Shown here piece by piece: positions 8,450-16,277 of a DNA stretch of 28,397 bases; the stretch's first letter is position 1, and every line of letters begins with the position of its first letter. A program made the position numbers and the translations under genes. The notes under the pieces are model-generated. The model ran no database searches, had not been told where the DNA came from, and saw only the letters and a list, made by a program, of their open reading frames with translations. Source of the stretch: a virus (Duplodnaviria; Heunggongvirae; Uroviricota; Caudoviricetes); the IMG/VR virus record IMGVR_UViG_2663762992_000009; one strand, 5' to 3'.

Positions 8450-8859
8450 TGTTCATCACTCCAAGTAAAAAAGGAATGAGAAAAACAAATCACCAGCAGG
8501 CTACAACAGTCAATCTGTTCGGCTGTAAATCACAAACAAGTTAAATAGACTGTTAACACCCACCCTACCTGAATTATTACGCCAAAAAAGGAGATAAAGC
8601 GATAAATCTTATTAGCATGTAACTATTGTTCAACTCAATAGAGCCCATACACTAAGTTTTATTGCCCCTAATAATCCGATGACCAACAGAATGATGCTAA
8701 TTAAGAATACCTGATTCGTTGTAAATCTGATACTGCGTAAATATGCCTTTAGAGCATTAGCAGTTCTGTATTTATTCTGCATTTTCCCGCTCAGAAATCA
8801 CATCAATGACCAATTTAAAAGTAGAGCCCGAATAATCTATCTCCACGACCCGATATGAG

Positions 8860-8963
8860 TGCGGTGCCGGTCGCAACCCGGTGAAACGTATCCATGGTGT
8901 GGTGCAATACATACTGGCAGAATGAATAGTGCCACACCCCTCACGCTGGTGAGATTCACCGCA
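8860..8963. repeat. repeat unit B
   Basis: Same conserved termini as unit A. Read on the minus strand it shows a 7-bp terminal helix, a D-arm-like hairpin (CTCA-CCAGCG-TGAG), a long central hairpin and a T-arm-like hairpin (CCGG-GTTGCGA-CCGG). Confidence 0.7.
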
Positions 8964-9073
8964 GGAGGTAACGTATAAACGGCAGGTGCTTTAGATCAAG
9001 CTTTTTATCATGTCGGCGAAATGAAAAAGGGCTCACCGAAGTGAGCCCTGAATTACCGCCGTTTTCAATTTGC

Positions 9074-9166
9074 CGCAGTGCCGGGTGCCTCCCGATGGTA
9101 TTAACCGCAACGTCAACAGTGGAAGCGAAACCTGACGATGCCCCTACGCTAGTGGGATTCACTGCA
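9074..9166. repeat. repeat unit C (more diverged copy)
   Basis: 5' end gcagtgccgg and 3' end cgctagtgggattcactgca match units A and B with a few substitutions. Confidence 0.6.
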
Positions 9167-9372
9167 ACGGGGGGAACCTATTACCCGCAGACAGCGGCTG
9201 ACAAGATATTTATTTTGCTGAAATGCCAAAATGTGAATCTGCGCATATGAAATTAAACAGAACTTAAACAATTGCAGATACGAACTTGATAGGTTTATGA
9301 AGAAATTACTACGGTCCTCAGGCTTCCCCCTATGAAGCACTTAAGCCTCTTACCTTTTCCAATTGTGATTTT

Positions 9373-9400
9373 GCCCGCTATCTGACGCGGGCCCTTTTTT
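9373..9400 (+). terminator. rho-independent terminator hairpin, plus orientation (element copy 2)
   Basis: GCCCGC (9373-9378) / GCGGGC (9387-9392) with an 8-nt loop, followed by CCTTTTTT; upstream sequence is conserved with copy 1 (atgaagc ... tgtgattttgcccg). Confidence 0.65.
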
Positions 9401-9416
9401 ATACGGAGAACTGAGA

Positions 9417-9491
9417 ATGCCGTGTCATGAAAAAATGGCTATCGCAATCTGTGTTATTGCGCTCATCTTCGCACTGATTTTTGGCAAGTAG
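9417..9491 (+). CDS. candidate 24-aa hydrophobic small ORF (MPCHEKMAIAICVIALIFALIFGK)
   Basis: ATG at 9417 preceded by GGAGA with 7-nt spacing; single hydrophobic helix; lies between a plus-strand terminator and a minus-strand terminator hairpin. Confidence 0.3.
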   Translation: MPCHEKMAIAICVIALIFALIFGK

Positions 9492-9506
9492 GTCCACCTG
9501 AAGCCG

Positions 9507-9541
9507 TCTTTTAAAAACGACAAAACCCGCACCGTGGCGGG
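9507..9541 (-). terminator. candidate tR'-like intrinsic terminator downstream of Q (minus strand)
   Basis: GC hairpin CCCGC/GCGGG (9526-9541); on the minus strand it is followed by UUUUGUCGUUUUUAAAA; about 270 nt downstream of the Q stop. Confidence 0.45.
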
Positions 9542-9807
9542 TTCATCTGGTGTTCATGTTCTGCATCCTTGACCTCGCGATACAGCTTTGCGAAGCATAC
9601 AGTGATTGAAGCAGTTTATGGCTCAAATTGCAATACTTTTTCAGCGACGTAATTTGACCTTAATCATATGCTTTATTACTCTTCGCCTGCATTTAAACAC
9701 TGATATAACTTAGTTATACTTCCATTCATCTTGCACATTGATATTTCCACAAAAATCACCCGCAGCTTTTTACTGTCAAGTTTCAGTTAGTGGATAAGCA
9801 CAACTCA

Positions 9808-10347
9808 TCACACATTCCTATCAATGGAATCCCGTAGCGGGATATAAAGCATGTATTCAACCATATACAGCCATTGGTCGATTCGTCGCCGACAGGTAAC
9901 ATAACTCCAGTCAGGGTATTTTTCCTGAAGTTTCTCAGCTATCTTTCGCTTACTCATTCCCCGTCCTTCGTAACGCTGGTGAAGCAGTGCCTTTAGTGCG
10001 GGATGATCTGCCAGAACTGCCCCGATAACCCGGTCGATTATCAGTGCTTCAGAATCAGTACAGTATGCAAGGTAGCTTTTCTGCTTACCGTTCAATATCT
10101 CACGTAAAAATTGCTCCAGTTCAGGCCTGGTAGTGCCTGATTTTTTAAGCAGCCTGAGCGCATCACGGGCGCCTGTGCGGGTGATTTTTTTACTGACCAG
10201 CAACTGATTGAAGATATTTCCCGGATGGCCATTTCCGATATAAGACCAGCGCCCCCACATTCTTAGCTTTCCCTGTACCCATAACGTCTCAAGCGTAGTG
10301 AGACGAAGCATTTCACCAGGTTTACCTGTCGTGACCGGGTAGATCAT
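9808..10347 (-). CDS. late-gene antiterminator Q-like protein
   Basis: 179-aa ORF immediately upstream of the tRNA/lysis region and after the nin genes; basic C-terminal region with HTH-like character (KRKIAEKL ... RRRIDQWL); start overlaps the upstream gene's stop. Confidence 0.75.
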   Translation of the reverse strand: MIYPVTTGKPGEMLRLTTLETLWVQGKLRMWGRWSYIGNGHPGNIFNQLLVSKKITRTGARDALRLLKKSGTTRPELEQFLREILNGKQKSYLAYCTDSEALIIDRVIGAVLADHPALKALLHQRYEGRGMSKRKIAEKLQEKYPDWSYVTCRRRIDQWLYMVEYMLYIPLRDSIDRNV

Positions 10348-10634
10348 ACTAATCCCTCCTCTCTCCAGATTTGTTGCGTACGCATTACGCCTTCGGCATG
10401 CATTAACCGAAGTTCGGTGCGGGTAAAGTCTGTTGTTTTTATCCGGCCATCAATCAGGTCATGACAACAGCTACAGGCAATAGATGCCTGCATATCGTTG
10501 GGTTTGGTTGATGCTCCACAGGTACCGGCCAGACGGTAATGGGCCAGAACCGAGGTTTCAGGGTTATGGTTACAGTATCCGGGAATTCTCACCTGGCACT
10601 GCCGACCTTTAGCTGCTTTACGTAACCCGGACAT
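10344..10634 (-). CDS. YbcO-like (DUF1364) nin-region protein, putative nuclease
   Basis: 96 aa; Cys-rich pattern (CQVRIPGYCNHNPETSVLAHYRL ... IACSCCHD) closely resembles E. coli DLP12 YbcO as I recall it. Confidence 0.75.
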   Translation of the reverse strand: MSGLRKAAKGRQCQVRIPGYCNHNPETSVLAHYRLAGTCGASTKPNDMQASIACSCCHDLIDGRIKTTDFTRTELRLMHAEGVMRTQQIWREEGLV

Positions 10635-11233
10635 CAGGCGAACTCCAGCAACTGCATCGCTACATTTTCAGCTTCCTGTGGTGTTCTGAATTTTCGACAG
10701 AGGATGAAATTCCACAGGACGTTAAAGACATCCTTATAGAATTGCCGGAACGTATCTTCATCCATACGGGAGAAAGAAATAGATTTGGGAATTCTGCGGC
10801 GACAATTATCCGGGAGAACAACTTCATCGAAGTAACCAGCCTGAACCGTCACCCATGCCCGGTATGGCTCGAAAGACTTCAGTAAGGCAACATCCCCAGT
10901 ACGTAACTGCCCTTCTTTCAACAGAAATTCATCCGCTGCGGAGGTTAAAACATCACCGTATTGATGACCGGACATCTCAACAAGATAAGTGACAAAGCGA
11001 TTTATCAGCGAAAGTTCATCTGGTGAAAGCACACCACCGACAGGTGTCCAGTAATCGAAGCCCAGTTGCAGAAGTTTGAAGAAACGCTTATGAAAGGCGT
11101 AGTTGCGGACACGTCTGAAATCAGCGTGTATCCACTCGCCAGTTTTGACTGAATGTACAAAGCCCTCACTCTCCGGTGTTGCCGGGAGCAGGATCCCTGA
11201 TGCGGTCTGTTTGACCAGTTGTAAGTGCGCCAT
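10634..11233 (-). CDS. conserved lambdoid nin-region protein (DUF1367-like, tentative)
   Basis: 199-aa ORF of normal GC, start/stop-coupled to the YbcO-like gene; family assignment is from memory only. Confidence 0.55.
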   Translation of the reverse strand: MAHLQLVKQTASGILLPATPESEGFVHSVKTGEWIHADFRRVRNYAFHKRFFKLLQLGFDYWTPVGGVLSPDELSLINRFVTYLVEMSGHQYGDVLTSAADEFLLKEGQLRTGDVALLKSFEPYRAWVTVQAGYFDEVVLPDNCRRRIPKSISFSRMDEDTFRQFYKDVFNVLWNFILCRKFRTPQEAENVAMQLLEFA

Positions 11234-11415
11234 CGTTGCTCCGGTGGCGCGACAGGTTGTCAGTTGTTCAGGCTGACGTGGGGATTATAAGCCAATCCGG
11301 GATGATTCGGTAGTATGACAAGAGTTTCTTTATGCTTCGAACTGTACTGGATCAGACTCTAATTGACAGTCTGCTTTGAGCAGGTTGGCTACCGAAAATT
11401 TGGCGATTTAGATCG

Positions 11416-12456
11416 TCATCGAACATTCGGTGATATTGCTATCTTTAGATCACTAGTAAGCATCGCGGCCTGCTTTTCTAAAGCCTCTAACATAAAATCT
11501 GTTTTGTCTTGTATCCTAACGAGTAAATAGAATGGTTCACTACTCGTACAGGTTAAACGTGATGTTGTAAAGTCATCACGGTGAGGTATTAATGCGCGAT
11601 AATTTCCTTCAGCGATAAACATAAAGCGAGCATTAGGATGTTCACTGAGCCACATATACTTATTCCTGCAAAAGAAAGTATCGCGTGTGTCATACTTCAT
11701 GGCAAATCCAAAACCGACTTTTATGATGGATAACGTATGTATACTAAATGCAACATATGAAATGCAGCCAATAAGAAATAATGGGACGAAAACTGACATT
11801 AAATAGTTATTATCATCATCAGTTGGCGTTACTTTCCTTTTCTTTACTTTTGAGGGCATCAATATTAAACAAATAATGCAAACAAGGTAAATGATGCAAT
11901 ACAATATAAAAATAAAAAGTAATGCTACAACTGCCGTCATGAGTTTATTGAATGTAGCATCAAATGGAATGTCAAACAAATTGGAAATTAGCGAGCGTGC
12001 AATATAATATGAAATTAATGATACAATTACCCACACATATTTAATTCCCAGGTTAATTTTTATGGCTATGTTTTTTTCTTCATTATCGAACGATTTTATG
12101 TGAGATGATATTGTGTATGTAATACACAATATCGTCACAAAAGCCAATGTATATGGAATGATGGTATTTATATAACCAATAACGTTAAAGGAAACAATTG
12201 TTAATAAAAACAGAAATACCGACAACAGTGCGGCATCTTGCGTTTTTTTATAATTTTTTCGAAGGCGAACGGCCTGTTGACTGGATGACTTTTTATTCCA
12301 ATTATTTTGTACGATTAATCCGCTGAGAATAATCATACCAAACCAAATAAGAATGGGGTATACAGGATCACTCTGAGGTATGATGACGAGCACTGCCATA
12401 AAAAACAATAAACTGTGAACAATCCCGAGGTGTAAGGAAGAGTATATACTTTTCAT
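11416..12456 (-). CDS. AT-rich polytopic membrane protein with C-terminal soluble domain (cargo; candidate superinfection-exclusion/defence protein)
   Basis: 346-aa ORF, strongly AT-rich; about seven hydrophobic segments in the first ~230 aa, then a ~110-aa hydrophilic tail; AAGG SD upstream of the ATG at 12456; about 180-bp gaps on both sides. Confidence 0.7.
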   Translation of the reverse strand: MKSIYSSLHLGIVHSLLFFMAVLVIIPQSDPVYPILIWFGMIILSGLIVQNNWNKKSSSQQAVRLRKNYKKTQDAALLSVFLFLLTIVSFNVIGYINTIIPYTLAFVTILCITYTISSHIKSFDNEEKNIAIKINLGIKYVWVIVSLISYYIARSLISNLFDIPFDATFNKLMTAVVALLFIFILYCIIYLVCIICLILMPSKVKKRKVTPTDDDNNYLMSVFVPLFLIGCISYVAFSIHTLSIIKVGFGFAMKYDTRDTFFCRNKYMWLSEHPNARFMFIAEGNYRALIPHRDDFTTSRLTCTSSEPFYLLVRIQDKTDFMLEALEKQAAMLTSDLKIAISPNVR

Positions 12457-12603
12457 CGATGACCTTTTTAATAATGGGTTATTCTATTGGAATTAGAAAA
12501 ACCACCAGCAGGCCATTACTGTCAAGCCCGGACGCTGTCTGTTTTATCCGTAGCACACGTACATAAACGCGCCATCCGAACCACGATGGCGCGACAGTAC
12601 ATC

Positions 12604-12774
12604 TTACAGTTGGTCAGACTTTCCTTCAGGGCGTATCAGCTCGTCCCGTGATTCAGGCGTTATTACAATCTGATGACTCAGCAATGGCACGACCACGAAC
12701 TCACCAGAACTGAGTACGTATACAAGATATCTGCCAGGAACTTTCAACATTCTCAACAGTTCATCTGTATTCAT
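12604..12774 (-). CDS. small hypothetical protein (56 aa)
   Basis: ATG at 12774 preceded by GGAG with 8-nt spacing, inside the longer ORF-track frame; lies between the membrane protein and the next small ORF. Confidence 0.3.
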   Translation of the reverse strand: MNTDELLRMLKVPGRYLVYVLSSGEFVVVPLLSHQIVITPESRDELIRPEGKSDQL

Positions 12775-12900
12775 ATTTTTGCTCCGTTGGTTAACAGATT
12801 CCCTTTCGGGAGCATTCCCTTTCATCCCTGTGCACAATCTTTTTAAAACAGTGCCGGTACGCGCATACAGGTTTGTTAGAATGTCTGTTAATAGAGCAAA

Positions 12901-13107
12901 TCAGATATCACTCTCCCCAAGGCTCCTGCATTCAAAGTTCTCCAGTTTCACATGTTCACCGGCAGTACGGCCCGCCTCTTTAGGCTTATAAAAACGCATT
13001 TCGCACTGTTTCTGGGTCAGTCTGGTTTCGGAGTAAAATGACCAGGCCACAGGCGGATTGCCTGCTTTATGGATAGTTGCTGTAATTTTGTATTTTTTCC
13101 CTTTCAT
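12901..13107 (-). CDS. small hypothetical protein (68 aa)
   Basis: ORF-track frame on the same strand as its neighbours; weak SD; no family recognised. Confidence 0.3.
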   Translation of the reverse strand: MKGKKYKITATIHKAGNPPVAWSFYSETRLTQKQCEMRFYKPKEAGRTAGEHVKLENFECRSLGESDI

Positions 13108-13222
13108 ACTTACTGCCGAAAAATGTGTTGATTATTTACACAGATTCGTATCACAAGCAGCCAGGAGTATCCAAGCAGGATATGAAGGTAACCCAGTATG
13201 TTACCTTCACTGTCTGATATCA

Positions 13223-13963
13223 TCATTCGGTACTAAGCCCCTGCCACAACGCCCTGTTACCAGGTTTATGCACTTGCCGGGAAATCTCACGGCACTTTTT
13301 CAGACGTTTCAGTTTTGCTTCCGTCCTGCGAATTTCAGCGCTGATCGCCCGTGGTGTAGGGATGACAACGTCGTCGTGCCGCCGTTCTGTGAATGACGGT
13401 ATCGACTGAATAAGGTCTGCAACGTTATCTGTTGAGGCTTCAGCAGCAGTTACTGATGCCGCTAACTTTATTGCTTCAGGTTGCGGCGCAGGATTATCGT
13501 CGCGCCCCATGGCTGAACAGGCTTTCTGTTTCTCCGGTAAACCATCATCAGGCAGACTGTAACGAAACTTGCCATCATGATTAATCCGCAAAAGACGCCC
13601 CTTTCCCGTAGCCATCGCCAGCGTGGAGGCAACCTTCCTGGCTGTTGTGCTGAAGCGCCTGGACAGTTCATCCGCCGTCTGTGGGCCGTGTTTTCGGATA
13701 GCGTCTGTCAGCTGCTTCTCATCGATTTTCATAACCGTTTCCACTGGTGTTACAGGGTTCACTATTTTTTCTTTGGCAACGTCAGTCAGTTCCTTTTCCG
13801 GTCCGGACAGAGACCAGTAGCCGTTCAGGAATATCACCCTGCCTGAGTCTTCCTGCTCACGCAGCATTTCCAGAACATCTTTTGTCTCGATGAGCAGGCG
13901 TGCTGCGACCTCGCGAGCAGTGGCTTTTCCCATCGCTTTCAGTGCATCAGTCACTGTTTCCAT
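13223..13963 (-). CDS. hypothetical phage protein with two winged-helix-like segments
   Basis: Start placed at the ATG at 13963 with a strong SD (CAGGAGA, 9-nt spacing) just after the DnaC-like stop; two helix-turn-helix-like stretches (TAREVAARLL..., TADELSRRFSTTARKVA...). Confidence 0.55.
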   Translation of the reverse strand: METVTDALKAMGKATAREVAARLLIETKDVLEMLREQEDSGRVIFLNGYWSLSGPEKELTDVAKEKIVNPVTPVETVMKIDEKQLTDAIRKHGPQTADELSRRFSTTARKVASTLAMATGKGRLLRINHDGKFRYSLPDDGLPEKQKACSAMGRDDNPAPQPEAIKLAASVTAAEASTDNVADLIQSIPSFTERRHDDVVIPTPRAISAEIRRTEAKLKRLKKCREISRQVHKPGNRALWQGLSTE

Positions 13964-13986
13964 TGACAATTTCTCCTGTGATTCAG

Positions 13987-14727
13987 TCAGGGCCGGTTGA
14001 CGTTTTTTCGCCAGCTTTCCCAGCCAAAATTTACCCATCGGCCACCGTTCATGGACATTCTGTCCATCACCCGCTGACCTGCCAGCTTAGTCAGTGCATC
14101 ATGGTTCAGGTTGGTCAGCATTCCGACGCTGCGCAGGGATGCGGTCCGGCGATCAACAATCTGGTGCAGGATGACCTGCTCGTTGCGTGTCTCACGCTGC
14201 ACACCAACCTCATCAAGGATCAGCAGGTCCACTCCGCACAGCTCCTTCAAAAATTTTTCACCCGAATTTCCATCATCGTACCCGGCATGAAGCGCACTCA
14301 TCACGTCGGCGACGGTGATAACAATCACACTGCGTCCGGCGTTCATCAGGCGGTTACCTATGGCGGCGGCCAGATGATTTTTGCCGGTACCAGGCTTACC
14401 GCTGAACACAAAATTTGTACAACCGGTATCCAGTTCAGCAGCTATGGATTTGGCCTGGCTGAGCGCATGCTTCTGGCCGTCATTCTGCACCCGGTAATTC
14501 TTGAACGAGCATCTGCGATGCAGTGGCTGAATACCGGCCCGACCGAAGATTTTTTCGGCCCTGGTCTGGCGGTTAAGTCGGTCAATTTCCTCGCAGCGTC
14601 TGCGCCCTTCGGCTAGCTGCCATTCCCGCCACTCCCCCGGCGTCCGGAACGGTGCGGAACTGTTGGCCGACCGTGGCGCCAGTTTCCTGATGCGGGCCAG
14701 AATCCCGGTATCTGCGATGTTTCTCAT
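13987..14727 (-). CDS. DnaC-like helicase loader / replication protein (IstB-like AAA+ ATPase; YdaV-like)
   Basis: 246 aa; Walker A (GKPGTGKNHLAAAIG) and Walker B (LLILDEVG) motifs; follows the DUF1376 replication gene. Confidence 0.85.
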   Translation of the reverse strand: MRNIADTGILARIRKLAPRSANSSAPFRTPGEWREWQLAEGRRRCEEIDRLNRQTRAEKIFGRAGIQPLHRRCSFKNYRVQNDGQKHALSQAKSIAAELDTGCTNFVFSGKPGTGKNHLAAAIGNRLMNAGRSVIVITVADVMSALHAGYDDGNSGEKFLKELCGVDLLILDEVGVQRETRNEQVILHQIVDRRTASLRSVGMLTNLNHDALTKLAGQRVMDRMSMNGGRWVNFGWESWRKNVNRP

Positions 14728-14733
14728 GGCTTG

Positions 14734-15651
14734 TCACCCCCTGAAACCCGGTGGAATGGTTGTGTCCGGTGGCGAAATATCCTGAATCCTGGTCGGGCTG
14801 TCGCGGCCACGATTGCCTCCCCGGTCCTGGTCTTTTGCCAGCCAGCCGGTGATAAATTTCCTGATGCCTCGGGCGGTTTTTCGTCGTCGTCGTTCGCTGA
14901 GCAGCCATCCGCGCTGATTACGCAGTGCCTGCCGGACGTCGACCGCCGGATACAGCGTCTCAAACTCGACAACCATCGATTCGGTCACGGAAAATTCAGA
15001 ACCGTCGTTGAGCGGAAGCCGAATAAACTCAGGGTCATCAGGCGGTGTTGATGGCACACCAGCGCTCAGAGGCCGACGCTCAGGTCCGACATGGGCTGGT
15101 CCGGTACCATCGGGCAAACTCGCACCCTGTGACCCGAAATTTTCATCCAGTTGCGTGGGGCTGATTTTTTCAGCTCCGCGCAAGAGGTTTTGATCTTTTA
15201 GATCTGTTTCTTTATCTTTATCTGGATCTTTATTAGTTGCCTTTGTGTTGGGCTCCTGTTCAAACACAGAACCAACACCTGTTGAACATGTGTTATTTTC
15301 GCTGGCAGATTGTGCTTCCTTCCTGTTCCTTCTTGACTGAACAGATGCTTTTCCTGCTGCAGACTTTTTCGCTAAGGTTTCCCTGACCGAATGAAGATCA
15401 TCTTCAATACGCTTGTGAACCCACTCCGTGCCGTTATCAGTAAAAAATTCTCTCAACGACTCTTCTACGGCTCCCCAACGCTCACTGCTAACCCGGGCAA
15501 TCTTTGCCAGCCTGTTTTTCGGTATAGCCCTTCCGGTCTGCCAGTAATTGAACATCAGCAGTAAATAGGCCCCATGCTCCTCGGTTGAAAGATGCATTGT
15601 GTCAGCCAAGTAATCAGCGATATAAAGCTGCATGTATGGAAGTGCCGCCAT
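14734..15651 (-). CDS. replication initiation protein with N-terminal DUF1376 (YdaU-like) domain
   Basis: N-terminus YMQLYIADYLADTMHLSTEEHGAYLLLMFNYWQ is characteristic of DUF1376; long acidic/disordered middle; directly precedes the DnaC-like gene; GAGG SD upstream. Confidence 0.8.
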   Translation of the reverse strand: MAALPYMQLYIADYLADTMHLSTEEHGAYLLLMFNYWQTGRAIPKNRLAKIARVSSERWGAVEESLREFFTDNGTEWVHKRIEDDLHSVRETLAKKSAAGKASVQSRRNRKEAQSASENNTCSTGVGSVFEQEPNTKATNKDPDKDKETDLKDQNLLRGAEKISPTQLDENFGSQGASLPDGTGPAHVGPERRPLSAGVPSTPPDDPEFIRLPLNDGSEFSVTESMVVEFETLYPAVDVRQALRNQRGWLLSERRRRKTARGIRKFITGWLAKDQDRGGNRGRDSPTRIQDISPPDTTIPPGFRG

Positions 15652-15727
15652 AACGCCTCGCTACGCTCTTTTCCGTTCGGTCTGAATACAAAAATTAATA
15701 CTCACTGGTCATGTCTCTCTGTTTGGT

Positions 15728-15791
15728 GCCGAACCTCCTGCTGGTGCTAGCCTGCTGATTCCCCAACCAACAGAACCACAGGAGGTTCGAC
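15728..15791 (+). promoter_or_regulatory. RBS-sequestering hairpin upstream of the plus-strand small gene
   Basis: GCCGAACCTCCTG (15728-15740) pairs in 12 of 13 positions with CAGGAGGTTCGAC (15779-15791), which contains the GGAGG SD of the gene starting at 15792; 38-nt loop. Confidence 0.45.
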
Positions 15792-16004
15792 ATGTCAGAT
15801 ACAAAACTTAAAAATGGATTAACGCCTGAACAAATGGCACACGATATCGCTATGGTGCTCATCGGGAACCCATCCCATGAATGGCTTTCGGATAATGCGA
15901 CCAAAACTCGTAGCACTGAATTAGCAATGAGCGCTGTAGCAGAAGAAGTCATGAACATGGAAAAACATCTTGCTGCAGCTCTTCATCAGTACACGGAGAA
16001 CTAA
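15792..16004 (+). CDS. small hypothetical protein (70 aa) encoded antisense to the early-right operon
   Basis: ATG with a near-ideal SD (GGAGG, 6-nt spacing) and an intrinsic terminator directly after the stop; preferred over the overlapping minus-strand ORF 15695-15958, which has no such signals. Confidence 0.6.
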   Translation: MSDTKLKNGLTPEQMAHDIAMVLIGNPSHEWLSDNATKTRSTELAMSAVAEEVMNMEKHLAAALHQYTEN

Positions 16005-16014
16005 TCCGCATCAA

Positions 16015-16040
16015 AGGTCGCTGAGTTCGCGACCTTTTTT
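16015..16040 (+). terminator. rho-independent terminator
   Basis: AGGTCGC (16015-16021) / GCGACCT (16029-16035) with a 6-nt loop, followed by TTTTTT. Confidence 0.65.
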
Positions 16041-16261
16041 CAGTCCACTCCAGTAGGCATCCCCAACCATTTTTTTATATCGCTATAACTCAGCGTTATG
16101 GGCTGATTTTTGCCGGACTCTTCAACCGGTATGGTATGTTCCTCTTCAAATTTCTTTTCGAAGGTACGCATGTGCTCACGCCAGGCATTTCGATCTTCGA
16201 TCGCTTCTTCCCTCCGGTTCAGTCTGGCGTAATACCGTTCCTGCTCAGTCAACGTTTTCAT
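16040..16261 (-). CDS. small hypothetical protein (73 aa), charged/coiled-coil-like
   Basis: ATG at 16261 with an AGGAGA SD 5 nt upstream; lies between the YdaT-like and YdaU-like genes on the same strand. Confidence 0.5.
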   Translation of the reverse strand: MKTLTEQERYYARLNRREEAIEDRNAWREHMRTFEKKFEEEHTIPVEESGKNQPITLSYSDIKKWLGMPTGVD

Positions 16262-16277
16262 TACTTCTCCTGCATGG

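Noticed and set aside
7624-9807. Search for Shiga-toxin or other toxin genes in the Q-to-lysis region
   Set aside because: The only convincing ORF is the DoxX-family membrane protein; no A/B toxin-like ORFs are present.
13900-14616. 238-aa plus-strand ORF antisense to the DnaC-like gene
   Set aside because: The minus-strand frame carries the Walker A/B motifs and operon context; the plus frame has no recognisable features.
15695-15958. 87-aa minus-strand ORF overlapping the plus-strand small gene 15792-16004
   Set aside because: No SD or terminator of its own, whereas the plus-strand ORF has both; translation is Ser/Cys-rich.
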